In this document: positions 19,711 through 29,760 of the stretch, one piece after another
Layout of the letters: the number at the start of each line of letters is the position of its first letter
Numbering within the stretch: the first letter of the stretch is position 1
DNA from: Candidatus Eiseniibacteriota bacterium
GTDB lineage: Bacteria > Eisenbacteria > RBG-16-71-46 > CAVPCR01
Direction of reading: 5' to 3'
DNA: 64,000 nucleotides
NCBI GenBank assembly: GCA_963823555.1
Contig: CAWGMA010000004.1
Span: forward strand, 320,001-384,000
Notes under the pieces: model-generated
Databases searched by the model: none
Seen by the model: only the letters and a program-made list of their open reading frames with translations
Told to the model about the DNA's origin: nothing
Made by a program: the position numbers and the translations under genes

Positions 19711-22470
19711 CTATCTCACCAGGACGATGCGTTCGACGAGGCTCGACGCATCGGCCTGCATCCGCACGTAGTAGACGCCGCTCGGGAGCCGCGCGACATC
19801 CCAGGTCAGCTGGTGCTGGCCCTCGGACTGCTGGGCGTTCTCCAGAACGGCGACCCGCCGTCCGGTGACGTCGAAGACGGCGAGCTGGACGGTGGCGGCG
19901 GCGGGCAACTGGTAATCGAGAACCACGATCTCCGTGGATACCGTGGCGGCCAGCGCGAGCTCCGCCGATTCGCCCTCCGATCCTCTCGGGATCGCGCACG
20001 GGCCGAACGAGTTCTCGAACTGACCCGAGTCGACGCAGGGCTGGCCCGACTGGTCGTGAGGCACGCACACGGTCACCGTGCCCGAGCACACGCCTCCCCG
20101 GCCGTCGCTCGCGGTGAACGAGATCTCGTACACGCGTCCGTCGCCCTGGCCGCTGCGCTCGCTGCGGACCTCGACATCGTTGCCGATACGGCGGGCATCG
20201 GGGCAGCGATTGCCGGATCCGGCACCCTGGATGAACTCATCCTGGGTGACGCCGTCGATGGTGATCGTGATCGGATCACCGTCGGGATCGGTCACGCCGA
20301 GGATGCGCTGGCGCACGAACTGACCCGACGGCGGCCACAGTTCGGGGCGGAAGGCAACGGCGTTCGAGCAGTCCGGAGCGTGGTTGCCGGTGCCGGAGAT
20401 TGTGGCGGTCGTCGTGCAGGTCGAGCTGGCGCCGTCGTCGTCGGTCACGGTCAGGGACACGGTGAAGGTGCCGGCCGCCGCATAGGTGTGCGTCGGGGTG
20501 GCGCCGCTCCCGGTCGAACCGTCACCGAAGTCCCAGGCATAGGAGACGATGGTGCCGTCCGGATCGCTCGAGCCGGTGCCGTCGAAGGAGATCGGGCTGG
20601 CCGGCGGTCGCCCGAGTACGGGCCGCCCGCATCGCACAGCGGAGGCTCGTTCGGCAGCGTCGCCGATCGTGGCGGAGGTCTCGCAGGTCGAGCTGGCCGC
20701 GTCGTCATCGGTCACGGTGAGCGTCACCGTGTAGACGCCGGGAGAAGCGTAGGTGTGCGTCGGCGTGGCGCCGCTGCCGGTCGTACCATCACCGAAGTCC
20801 CAGGCGTAGGAGACGATGGTGCCGTCGGGATCGCTCGAGCCGGTGCCGTCGAACGTGATCGGGGCGCCGGGATTCCCGGCGTACGGGCCATCGGCGTCGC
20901 ACACCGGCGGCTCGTTCGGGATCGCCTCGGTGATGGTGGCCGTGGTCGTGCAAGTCGAGCTGGCGCCGTCGTCATCCGTGACCGTGAGAGAGACGGTGTA
21001 GGTGCCCTCCACCGTATAGGTGTGCGTCGGCGTGGCGCCGCTGCCGGTCGAGCCGTCACCGAAGTCCCAGGCGTAGGAGACGATGGTGCCGTCGGGATCG
21101 CTGGAGCCGGTGCCATCGAACGCCACCGCCACACCGACGCCGCCCGAGTACGGGCCGCCGGCATCGCAGATGGGATCCTGGTTCGGTCCCGGCTCGATCG
21201 TGGCGGTCGCCTCGCAGGTCGAGCTGGCGCCGTCGTCGTCGGTGACGGTGAGGGACACGGTGTAGGTGCCCTCCATCGCATAGGTGTGAGTCGGCGTGGC
21301 GCCGCTCCCGGCCGAGCCATCACCGAAGTTCCAGTCGTAGGAGACGATGGTGCCGTCAGGATCGCTCGAGCCGGTGCCGTCGAAGGAGACCGATTGGCCG
21401 GCCGTGCCCGAGTACGGACCACCCGCGTCGCATACCGGAGGATCGTTCGGCGTCGCGGTGATGTTGGCGCTGGTGATGCAGGTCGAGCTGGCCCCGTCGT
21501 TGTCGGTGACGGTCAGCGACACGGCGTAGTTGCCGGGCGTCGCATAGGTGTGAGTCGGCGTGGCGCCGCTCCCGGTCGTACCATCACCGAAGTTCCAGTC
21601 GTAGGAGACGATCGTGCCATCAGGATCGCTCGATCCGGTGCCGTCGAAGGAGACCGCCTGCCCGGCGGTGCCGTTGTATGGACCACCGGCATCGCACACC
21701 GGAGGCTCGTTCGGCTCCTCGCCGATCGCGACCGCGGCCTCGCAGGTCGAGGTTTCGCCGCAGTTGTCGGTGAGTGTGAGGGTGGCGGTGTAGTTGCCGG
21801 CCGTGGCATAGGTGTGGGATGGGGTCGCACCGCTGCCGGTCGAGCCGTCGCCGAAATCCCACTCGTAGGAGGTGATCGTGCCGCCCGGATCGCTCGATCC
21901 GGTGCCGTCGAAGCTCACGGCCTGGCCGGCGGTACCGGTGTAGGGGCCGCCGGCATCGCACACCGGGGCCAGGTTGCCGGCCCCGGAGAGCGCCACCTCG
22001 AGCGGCGTGTTGATCGCACCGGCGGCGATCACGGTCGCCGTGCCCGAGGACTGCTGGGTATTGGCCGGGCAGAAGCGGACGGTGAAGGTGGCCACGGTCT
22101 GCCCGTCACCGGGGAGCGTGACCGGGAGCGTCGGACCGGCCTGCAGGGTGTACCCCCCGCCGGTGACCTGGAAGTTCGTGATCTCGAGGACCGAAGTCGG
22201 GTCGTTGACGTCGTTGAAGACATCGATCGTGAGGTCGGCACACTGGCCGACGAGCGTGCAGCTGCCGAAGTCGAGGCTCGTCGGATCGACCCCGATCACT
22301 GGCGTGAGAGGCGTCAGGTCGGGAGCGTCATTGGGCTGCGCAAGGGGAGTGTTGGTACCGCCTCCCACGCCGGGAGCCGCAACGGGAGGTGCTTCTTCGG
22401 CGGCCAGCGCGGCAGTGCCGGCGGTACAAAGAACCAGAGTCAGGAGTAACGTCGACCAGGCTGCTCTCAT
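19711..22470 (-). CDS. Secreted protein with Ig-like N-domain, six PKD domains and FlgD/T9SS-like C-terminal domain
   Basis: Signal peptide; six SFDGTGSSDP-G-I-SY-W-FGDG...SHTY/THTY...LT-TD units; LWPP...DGRVYEI domain; tail LAVFDVTGRRV...LPSGVYYVRM. Confidence 0.9.
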   Translation of the reverse strand: MRAAWSTLLLTLVLCTAGTAALAAEEAPPVAAPGVGGGTNTPLAQPNDAPDLTPLTPVIGVDPTSLDFGSCTLVGQCADLTIDVFNDVNDPTSVLEITNFQVTGGGYTLQAGPTLPVTLPGDGQTVATFTVRFCPANTQQSSGTATVIAAGAINTPLEVALSGAGNLAPVCDAGGPYTGTAGQAVSFDGTGSSDPGGTITSYEWDFGDGSTGSGATPSHTYATAGNYTATLTLTDNCGETSTCEAAVAIGEEPNEPPVCDAGGPYNGTAGQAVSFDGTGSSDPDGTIVSYDWNFGDGTTGSGATPTHTYATPGNYAVSLTVTDNDGASSTCITSANITATPNDPPVCDAGGPYSGTAGQSVSFDGTGSSDPDGTIVSYDWNFGDGSAGSGATPTHTYAMEGTYTVSLTVTDDDGASSTCEATATIEPGPNQDPICDAGGPYSGGVGVAVAFDGTGSSDPDGTIVSYAWDFGDGSTGSGATPTHTYTVEGTYTVSLTVTDDDGASSTCTTTATITEAIPNEPPVCDADGPYAGNPGAPITFDGTGSSDPDGTIVSYAWDFGDGTTGSGATPTHTYASPGVYTVTLTVTDDDAASSTCETSATIGDAAERASAVRCGRPVLGRPPASPISFDGTGSSDPDGTIVSYAWDFGDGSTGSGATPTHTYAAAGTFTVSLTVTDDDGASSTCTTTATISGTGNHAPDCSNAVAFRPELWPPSGQFVRQRILGVTDPDGDPITITIDGVTQDEFIQGAGSGNRCPDARRIGNDVEVRSERSGQGDGRVYEISFTASDGRGGVCSGTVTVCVPHDQSGQPCVDSGQFENSFGPCAIPRGSEGESAELALAATVSTEIVVLDYQLPAAATVQLAVFDVTGRRVAVLENAQQSEGQHQLTWDVARLPSGVYYVRMQADASSLVERIVLVR
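20395..21976 (-). repeat. Six tandem intragenic PKD repeats of about 264-267 bp
   Basis: Near-identical GGATCGCT-GA-CCGGTGCC-TCGAA blocks recur with a 264-267 nt period; ends approximate. Confidence 0.9.
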
Positions 22471-22827
22471 GTTGGTGGCTCCCAGAATCGTGTTCAGGCG
22501 TTGTCTTGCGTGTCGAACCGGCCGGTCCATGACGGCGGCGCCCAGGCTGCTCCGTGGAGGAATGCGGGCTCCTCGCCGGTTCGATCTCTGGCGTGGGCAG
22601 ACACAATAACTTAGCACATCTGGCCCGCCGGCGGGCCAGATCTTTTGCCGGGCGCTGGGGTGCGGTCCCGCGCGTCCTTGGAGCCGCCGATGGTGATCCG
22701 GAGAGGGCGTCTTCCCCTTTGACCTGAACTCGACCAACGCTTAGCCTGTGTCCAGATTTCCCGCCCGTCAGCAGGTGTCCCTCGACATCCCACCCGCGGG
22801 GGTGATCCCCGGCACCAGGAGGCGCGC

Positions 22828-23316
22828 ATGTCATTCAAGGACCCGATCGCTCTCCTCGGTCACGAGCATGATGAAGCCCTTGCCGCGCTCGATCGGCTGG
22901 AGGCGGGCGCCCGCGACGTGGAGGCGCCGGGAGCGCGCATCGCGGTGGAGCAGGCGGTGGGGTTCCTCGATCGCGAGGTGCGGGGGCACAACGAGCGCGA
23001 AGAACAGGTGCTCTTCCCGGTGCTCGAGCGCTACCTGCCGGCGGACGCCGGACCCACGGCGGTGATGCGCGCCGAGCATCGCCTCTTGTGGGACCTCCTG
23101 GGCAAGCTGCGCGCCGCGCTCGCCGGAGCCCCTTCCGGCGGCGCCAAGCCCGACACCGCTCCGGTGCGAGAGACCGGCCTCGCGATCGTCGACCTCCTCC
23201 GCCGCCACATCGAGAAGGAGAACGCCGTCCTCTTTCCCATGGCGAAGCAGATGCTCTCGCCCGCGGAAATGGAGGAGGTGGCCGGCGGCATGGAGCGGCT
23301 GATCGGCGAGCGGTGA
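22828..23316 (+). CDS. Hemerythrin-domain protein
   Basis: EHDE, HNEREEQVLFP, MRAEH, HIEKENAVLFP; SD AGGAGG. Confidence 0.9.
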   Translation: MSFKDPIALLGHEHDEALAALDRLEAGARDVEAPGARIAVEQAVGFLDREVRGHNEREEQVLFPVLERYLPADAGPTAVMRAEHRLLWDLLGKLRAALAGAPSGGAKPDTAPVRETGLAIVDLLRRHIEKENAVLFPMAKQMLSPAEMEEVAGGMERLIGER

Positions 23317-24095
23317 ATGAACGCACCGGGGCCAGGGGGAGCGGGAGCGACTTCTACACGGCGCTGGCGCCGGCGATGGCGGAGATCTTTCCCCTGTCGG
23401 ACCAGCTCTCCGGGCTCGTTGACGCTTTCCTCGATGCCATTCCGCCCGCGAGCCTGCTCGATCTCGGTGCGGGCACGGGCGAGCTCGCGCTCCATGCCGC
23501 AGCCGGTGGCCACGCGGCCACCGCCGTCGAGCCGGTGGGGGCCATGGTGGATGTCGGGGAGCGGGCCACCGTCGCAGCCGGGCTGGCCGTGCGCTGGATC
23601 CAGGGCGATCTCATCCGGGAAACACAGGCCCTCGCTGAGCGCGGGGAGCGCTTTTCGGTCGTGACCTGTGTCGGCAACACGCTCCCGCATGTCGGGAGCC
23701 GAGCGCAAGCGGCGGCGGCGCTCGCAGGCATGTACGAGGTTCTCGTTCCAGGCGGGGTTGCGATCGTGCAGACGATTCACATCGATCGCTGTCTCGACAC
23801 CGGCGGTTTCGTGCTTCCGGAGCGGAGCGCACGCGTGGAGGGGAAGAAGCTCGTCCTGTCCCGGACCTATGCCCCGGCCGATGGCGGCGAGCACCTCAAC
23901 TTTGCGACCGACGTGCGCCTGGGCGACGAGATGACGTCCTTCGTGCAGCAGCACCTGGCGCTCCGCCGCCACGAGCTGGAGAAGATGACGCGAGCGGCGG
24001 GGTTCTCGGCCGTCGATGTCCACGGCGGATACGACCGCTCCGCGTGGAGCGAGAGCGCGCCGGCGACCGTCATCATCGCCCGGAGAGGTGTCTAG
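23313..24095 (+). CDS. Class I SAM-dependent methyltransferase
   Basis: LLDLGAGTG motif I, CVGNTLPH, LVPGG; GTG start overlaps the upstream stop. Confidence 0.85.
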   Translation: MNERTGARGSGSDFYTALAPAMAEIFPLSDQLSGLVDAFLDAIPPASLLDLGAGTGELALHAAAGGHAATAVEPVGAMVDVGERATVAAGLAVRWIQGDLIRETQALAERGERFSVVTCVGNTLPHVGSRAQAAAALAGMYEVLVPGGVAIVQTIHIDRCLDTGGFVLPERSARVEGKKLVLSRTYAPADGGEHLNFATDVRLGDEMTSFVQQHLALRRHELEKMTRAAGFSAVDVHGGYDRSAWSESAPATVIIARRGV

Positions 24096-25543
24096 CCGCG
24101 CCGGCCCGGCTTCACCGTCTTCAGGAGCTCACCGGTCTCGAGATCGTCGGCGGTGTAGCGGTTGTTCAGGATCGCGGTCTCCTGGAGATCGAGGGCCTGA
24201 TCGCCGAGGCGAGTGACCGCCTCGACGAAGGAGGCCGGAGCGTCGAGCCGCGTCACCTGAACCCGGTCCGGCTCGGCGTTGAGCTTGCCGGGGTCCTTGA
24301 GCTCGCGGATCGAACGCGCCGAGCGTTCGATGTCCCGCTCCGCCTGATCACCGCGGCGGGCGCTCTGGCCGAGGATCTGCAGCATCTGATCCGGACTCCA
24401 GCGAATCCATGCGGCCAGGATCACCGCCGTCGAGCCATCGTTGCGCGGCGCGGCCACGTGCCCGAACCAGGCGCGGCGCCCCGCGATCGTCTCGGTATCG
24501 CCTTCGGCGCCGGTCAGGCGTCCGCTCCGGAGGAGCGAGTTCACGTAGCCCTCGGGTGATTCTCCCTCGGCATCGGCAAGAGTGATCTCCATGACGCCCT
24601 GCTTGTTGGGCTCGGCGGCGATGAGCGAGGCACGCTGATCCTGATACTCCCATCCCTCCGGCAGATGGATCTGGAGGTGTAGATTCGGGTGATAGTAGCT
24701 GGCGCCGACGAAGAAACCGTTGCGGGGATCCTGTCCGTAGACCAGATCCGCGAGCCTGAGCACGTAGGAATCGTGGTCGATGACGAGCCCGCTCTTTCCC
24801 GTTGCCGCCTCGGTCGCCAGCCGGGCCGTCCGCTGCTCGCGATCTCCCGGATCGGGGTGGGTCGAGAGAAACCCGGGCAAGCGTTCGCCGGATTGATCGC
24901 CGACTCGTTTGAGCATCGAGTAGGTCGACGGAATCTCGTGCGGATCGAAGCCGGTGGCGGTGGCGTACTGAACGCCGAGCTCGTCGGCCTGATTCTCGTC
25001 ATCGCGGCCGAACTTGAGGAAGAGGAGCCCGAGCGCGGTCTCAGCGTTGCCCCCGTAGCGGCGCATCGTGCTCGAGAAGAACATGCCCACGGCGAGGCCG
25101 AGACCGGCAAGCTGCTGCTGCGTGATGCGCTGCGCCGTGTGACGGGCCGTCACGTGCCCGATCTCGTGGCCCAGCACCCCCGCAAGCTGGGCATCGGAGT
25201 TCAGGTAGGCGAGAATGCCGCGCGTTATATAGATGTACCCCCCGGGGAGGGCGAAGGCGTTGACCACGGGGTCGTCGAGCACCGTGAAATGCCATTCCAG
25301 GTTCGGCAGATGAGACGATTTCGCGAGCCTCATGCCCATCTCCTGGACGTGGGCCTGGATCTCGGGGTCATCATAGAGACCGTACTCGGCGATGATCGCC
25401 TTGTGGCCGTCTCGGCCGATGGCGATTTCCTGATCCTGGCTCACGAGCGAGAGCTCGCGCTTGCCGGTCGCGGGGTTGACGGCGCAGCCGGCCAGAAGCC
25501 CGGCACAACCGACGAGGATCATGAAAGAACCCAGCTGCCGCAT
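24092..25543 (-). CDS. M48 family zinc metalloprotease lipoprotein
   Basis: Lipobox LAGC-AVNPATG, NAFALPGG, HEIGH, ENQAD, FLSTHP. Confidence 0.92.
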   Translation of the reverse strand: MRQLGSFMILVGCAGLLAGCAVNPATGKRELSLVSQDQEIAIGRDGHKAIIAEYGLYDDPEIQAHVQEMGMRLAKSSHLPNLEWHFTVLDDPVVNAFALPGGYIYITRGILAYLNSDAQLAGVLGHEIGHVTARHTAQRITQQQLAGLGLAVGMFFSSTMRRYGGNAETALGLLFLKFGRDDENQADELGVQYATATGFDPHEIPSTYSMLKRVGDQSGERLPGFLSTHPDPGDREQRTARLATEAATGKSGLVIDHDSYVLRLADLVYGQDPRNGFFVGASYYHPNLHLQIHLPEGWEYQDQRASLIAAEPNKQGVMEITLADAEGESPEGYVNSLLRSGRLTGAEGDTETIAGRRAWFGHVAAPRNDGSTAVILAAWIRWSPDQMLQILGQSARRGDQAERDIERSARSIRELKDPGKLNAEPDRVQVTRLDAPASFVEAVTRLGDQALDLQETAILNNRYTADDLETGELLKTVKPGRRG

Positions 25544-25684
25544 CGATCTTCTCCTTGAACGCGTCGATCCGTCTCGCTGCCGGAGTATAGGAACGGTGCC
25601 CGGCCCGGGGTCAAGAGGGCGGCAAGCTCACCCCAAACCCCTGCCTTGCCGGCGGGGCGCTCGCGGTCTAACCTCCCACCCCTC

Positions 25685-26722
25685 ATGAAGGCGCTCTACT
25701 TCTCCAGACATGGCGAACGCGACGAGCTCGAGTTCGGCGATCTCCCCGATCCCACGCCGCGGTCGGGGGAAGCTCTGGTCGAGATCCGGGCGGCGGCCCT
25801 CAATCACCTCGATATCTGGGTGCGGCGTGGCTGGCCGGGGCTCGAGCTCCCCCTGCCGCATGTGGGCGGTTCCGACGGGGCGGGGTTGATCGTGGCGATC
25901 GGCCCGGACACGGATCCGCGAGGGCTGGCCATCGGCGACCGCGTGGTCATCGATCCCGGTATCTCGACCGTCGAGGACGAGTGGACCCGGCGCGGCCAGG
26001 ATTCCCTGAGCCCCGGCTACCAGATCCTGGGCGAGCATCGCGCGGGAACCCTGGCCTCGCTGATCGCGATTCCGGTCGCCAATCTGATGCGCGTCCCCGA
26101 GGGCATCGCCTTCCCCGAGGCGGCGGCCCCGCTGCTGGTCGGCCTCACCGCGTGGCACATGCTCATCGTTGCCGGTGAGCTCCGCGCCGGCGAGACGGTG
26201 CTCATCGTCGGCGCCGGAGGCGGCGTCAACTCGCTGGCGATCCAGCTGGCCAAGCTGGCTGGGGCGCGCGTCTTCGCGCTGACCTCGAGCGCGGAGAAGA
26301 TGGCGCGAGCGCGCGAGCTGGGAGCTGATCAGGTGATCGATTACCGGGCCGAGCCGGAGTGGGCGCGAGTCATCCACCGCCTGACCGACCGGCGTGGAGT
26401 GGACGTCGTGGTCGACAACGTGGGGCAGGCAACACTCCGCCACTCGATACGCGCTCTGGCGCCGGGGGGCCGGCTCCTCACCGTGGGCAACACGAGCGGC
26501 TACAACGTGGAGTTCGACACGCGGTACATGTTCGCCAAGCAGATCCGCTGGATCGGCACCACGATGGGGAGCCACCAGGACTTTCGCGACGTGATGAGCC
26601 TCATCTGGAGCGGACGGCTCAAGCCGGTCATCGACCGGGTGATGCCGCTCGCGGATGGACGCGAAGCGGTGCGCTTGCTCGAGGAGGGGCGCCAGTTCGG
26701 GAAGGTGGTGCTCGAACCGTGA
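25685..26722 (+). CDS. MDR family NAD(P)H oxidoreductase (zinc-binding dehydrogenase / quinone reductase-like)
   Basis: AALNHLDIW, PHVGGSDGAG, VGAGGGV, GVDVVVDNVG, FGKVVL. Confidence 0.9.
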   Translation: MKALYFSRHGERDELEFGDLPDPTPRSGEALVEIRAAALNHLDIWVRRGWPGLELPLPHVGGSDGAGLIVAIGPDTDPRGLAIGDRVVIDPGISTVEDEWTRRGQDSLSPGYQILGEHRAGTLASLIAIPVANLMRVPEGIAFPEAAAPLLVGLTAWHMLIVAGELRAGETVLIVGAGGGVNSLAIQLAKLAGARVFALTSSAEKMARARELGADQVIDYRAEPEWARVIHRLTDRRGVDVVVDNVGQATLRHSIRALAPGGRLLTVGNTSGYNVEFDTRYMFAKQIRWIGTTMGSHQDFRDVMSLIWSGRLKPVIDRVMPLADGREAVRLLEEGRQFGKVVLEP

Positions 26723-27348
26723 CCGGGAAGACCCATGGGGGGAGTGCTGCCGCCCTGCTCTTCGATCTCGACGGCGTGCTCGTCGACTCGATCGGCGCCT
26801 GGCACGAGGTGCTGAACCGTGCCCTGGCCGAGCGCGGTCGCCCGCCGATCGATGAGGCGGCAATGCGCACCGGGTGGGGGCAGGGGATCCAGGAGGACTC
26901 GCGGCTCTATTTCGGCGGGGAGTCGATCGCCTCGCTGGCCGCGACGTACGACCGCCTCTTCCCCGAGTGCATCGACCATGTCCAGGCGATGCCAGGGGCC
27001 CACGAGGTGGTCGGGATGCTCGGAGCGCAGGGCCTGCGCCTGGCCGTTGTCACCAACACCCCGCGGGAGCTTGCGCTCTGCATTCTCGCCGCGACGGAGC
27101 TGGGGCCACACTTCCAGGCCCTCGCCGCCGGAGACGAGGTGCCCCAAGGCAAGCCCGATCCCGCGCTCGTCCGGCTCGGGGCCTCCCGGCTCGGCGTGCC
27201 GCTGGCGTCCTGTCTGTTCGTTGGTGACACCATGGCCGACGTCATGGCCGGCCGCCGGGCGCCATGCCGCACGATCGGGTTCCGCATCGATGCCGATCAC
27301 CGCATCGAGACGCTACCCGAGTTGCTTCGTCTGATCCGCTCCGACTAG
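26719..27348 (+). CDS. HAD family phosphatase (PGP-like)
   Basis: FDLDGVLVDS, VVTN, KPDP, FVGDT..D. Confidence 0.9.
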   Translation: MTGKTHGGSAAALLFDLDGVLVDSIGAWHEVLNRALAERGRPPIDEAAMRTGWGQGIQEDSRLYFGGESIASLAATYDRLFPECIDHVQAMPGAHEVVGMLGAQGLRLAVVTNTPRELALCILAATELGPHFQALAAGDEVPQGKPDPALVRLGASRLGVPLASCLFVGDTMADVMAGRRAPCRTIGFRIDADHRIETLPELLRLIRSD

Positions 27349-27364
27349 CGGCGAGGTCGACTCC

Positions 27365-28081
27365 ATGCACGGGACCAAGCTTCTCATCATCTGGAATGCG
27401 GTCATCGTGCTCGCAATTCTCGTCGGCGGCATGCTGCCGCTCGTGAGGCGCTGGTCGGATCGCGCGCTGCATCTCTTCGTGGCGGCGGCGACCGGTGTGT
27501 TCCTGGGGGCGGTCTTCCTGCATCTCCTGCCCGAGCTTCTCTATCAGGAACCGCCGCTCGCGGTCCTCGCCCTGATCCCGCTCAGCGTGTTCGTGCTCTT
27601 CGCCATCGAGCGCATGGTGCTCCTCGGCGGGGAGGCCACGCACGCCGTCGTCGGCTACGCCACCTTGATCGGGCTCGCGGTCCACAGCCTCGCCGGCGGT
27701 TTCGGACTCGCCGTGGGTGGGAGCGTTCCCGACCTCCAGCTCGCCATCTTCCTCTCCATCCTCGGCCACAAGACGGTCGAGGCCTTCTCGCTGGCGACCG
27801 TATTGCTCCTGGCCGGACGCCCGCTCAGGCGGATCGCGCTCCTGGTCTCGGTGCTGGCTCTGATGACGCCATTCGGGACGCTGCTCGGGGTCCTGAGCAT
27901 GGCCGCGCTTCCCGGCGGCCCGCCGCTCGCGCCGATGGCGATCGCCACCGGGACCTTCCTCTATGTCGCACTCTTCGACCTGATGCCGGAGGTCCTGCAC
28001 GAGAAGCGGGACCTGTGGGCCAAGCTCGGTCTCGTGGCCGCGGGCCTCGTCTTCATGGCGCTGCTGCGCAGCGCGCACTGA
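27365..28081 (+). CDS. ZIP family metal transporter
   Basis: GVFLGAVFLHLLPE, GLAVHSL, ILGHKTVEAF, GTFLYVALFDLMPE. Confidence 0.88.
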   Translation: MHGTKLLIIWNAVIVLAILVGGMLPLVRRWSDRALHLFVAAATGVFLGAVFLHLLPELLYQEPPLAVLALIPLSVFVLFAIERMVLLGGEATHAVVGYATLIGLAVHSLAGGFGLAVGGSVPDLQLAIFLSILGHKTVEAFSLATVLLLAGRPLRRIALLVSVLALMTPFGTLLGVLSMAALPGGPPLAPMAIATGTFLYVALFDLMPEVLHEKRDLWAKLGLVAAGLVFMALLRSAH

Positions 28082-28102
28082 GTCGGGCGGCGTGCTCTGT
28101 GA

Positions 28103-29731
28103 TCAGCGGCGGCAGACCACGACCTCCGCGTCCTGCACGTTCACCGAGTTCGGCCCGGAGAGATCGCCCTGGGGCTCGTAGCACGGGAACGCGCCGGTCG
28201 AAACGTGCCACATGACCACGTCATAGTCTCCGGCCGGCACGTCCACGGCGCCGCACTCGACCCATACCGTCGTGTCCACCTCGTACGCCGGATCCGGCAC
28301 CGCCGGGCACGGGTTCCCCTCCCGCAGAGCCCAGATGATCCGGTCGCCGCTCCGGAGTCCCACCGCGAACGCCTCATCCTCCTGCCCGGGCACGTTCCCC
28401 GAGTACTGGTTGAGAAGCCGGATCCGCAGCGGGCCAATGTGCGGCGAGACGTGAATCGGACCCCGTGAATTGAGCGTGACGCGCGGCTCGCGGGTCGTCA
28501 CGCCCCCCTGCGGAAAGAGCGGGATCGGCGTGCACTGGGGCTCCTCGGGCCCGGCTGTCACGACGACGAGCGTCGTGTCGGAGGCGACACCGCCCTCGCC
28601 GATGGCGACAGCCGAGGTGACACGCGTGTGCGCGGGGATGGAGAGCGAGGTCCACTCGGCGGCGGTGGAGGCGACGACCTCCTGGCCCAGGAGGATCGAG
28701 TAGGTCGCGTTGGTGCTGCGAATGGTGTACGTCACGGTTTCCCCCGGCTCGACCTCGCGCGGCTCGACGCTGAGCTCGATCGTGGGTGGGGGAGGAGACG
28801 CGCCGACCGGCGCCAGATCCACATTGAGCTCGGTCACCTCGCCCGGGGCGAGCAGGAGCGCCCGCATGGTCTCGGCGTACCCCGGCTCGCTGAACGCGAA
28901 CGCCACCGGGCCCGGGCGCCGCTCGACGACGAACGGCGTGCGCAGGACCTGACCGGTCGGGATGAGCGCGCCATCCTGGGCGATATCGAAGATCTCGACC
29001 CGGCTCCGCGGGTTGGAGAAGACCAGAACCTGGGCCTGGTCCGGGTCCTCGGGCGGAGCTTCCACGATCACGGTGTCGGCGGCCGTGGCCCACAGACCGC
29101 CGCGGAACGCGGCGAAGGAGTAGATGAACGCCCCGGAGCGCGCCGGCCGATCGGTGTAGGTTCCGTTCGTCGTGAAGATGCCGATCGGGAGGATGATCCC
29201 GATGTCGCCATCCGATTCGACCGTGATCGTGACCGGGTCACCGAGAGCGATCGCCTCCGGCGTGACCTCGAGGACGACCGACGGCGGTTCACCGCCGGGC
29301 TCTTCCGGGATCGAATCCAGGGTGACCGAGATCTCGCGCAGGTCGCCCGGACCGAGGAGGACTCCCTCCAGGCGATCGCGGTGGCCCGAGCGAGAGAAGT
29401 GGACGACGTAGTCGCCGCTCTGGAGCCTGAGCGTTCGTGGGGTCTCGACGGCGATGAGCGGCGCGAGCTCGCCGTCCTCGACCATGAGCACCTGCGCTGT
29501 GGCCGGCGGGTCGCTGAAGAGGAAGACCGAAGCGCTGTCCGCATCCTGAGCCGAGTCGACATCACGCGCAGGGCTGTACTCGGAGCAGCCGCCGAGGCAG
29601 AGGGCCAGGATCAAGGCCAGGACCGGGAGCACAGCGAGCGCGTGGCCGGACGCGGCTCCGCCAGCGGTCCGATGCGTGGTGGTCCGAGGGGCAGCAGCAA
29701 GCGATCCAGCGTTTCTGGTTGTGTGCGCCAT
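28103..29731 (-). CDS. Lipoprotein with two PEGA-like/Ig-like modules
   Basis: Lipobox LCLGGC; duplicated (L/V)FS(D/N)P...TP...PG...F...G module plus PP-(V/I)-L-V-P Ig module; start uncertain. Confidence 0.65.
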   Translation of the reverse strand: MAHTTRNAGSLAAAPRTTTHRTAGGAASGHALAVLPVLALILALCLGGCSEYSPARDVDSAQDADSASVFLFSDPPATAQVLMVEDGELAPLIAVETPRTLRLQSGDYVVHFSRSGHRDRLEGVLLGPGDLREISVTLDSIPEEPGGEPPSVVLEVTPEAIALGDPVTITVESDGDIGIILPIGIFTTNGTYTDRPARSGAFIYSFAAFRGGLWATAADTVIVEAPPEDPDQAQVLVFSNPRSRVEIFDIAQDGALIPTGQVLRTPFVVERRPGPVAFAFSEPGYAETMRALLLAPGEVTELNVDLAPVGASPPPPTIELSVEPREVEPGETVTYTIRSTNATYSILLGQEVVASTAAEWTSLSIPAHTRVTSAVAIGEGGVASDTTLVVVTAGPEEPQCTPIPLFPQGGVTTREPRVTLNSRGPIHVSPHIGPLRIRLLNQYSGNVPGQEDEAFAVGLRSGDRIIWALREGNPCPAVPDPAYEVDTTVWVECGAVDVPAGDYDVVMWHVSTGAFPCYEPQGDLSGPNSVNVQDAEVVVCRR

Positions 29732-29760
29732 GTGGCTCCCATCCTGCTCGCGGGACATCT

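Noticed and set aside
20395..21976. Possible CRISPR array or mobile repeat
   Set aside because: Period of 264-267 nt, in frame, encodes PKD domains; no unique spacers or cas genes
19705..22449. 914-aa plus-strand ORF with repeats
   Set aside because: Antisense shadow of the PKD gene; high GC suppresses stops and no motifs are present
23313..24095. Glycine/sarcosine N-methyltransferase linked to the betaine-type cluster
   Set aside because: Only the short CVGNTLPH resemblance supports it and the gene is 11 kb away; substrate cannot be assigned
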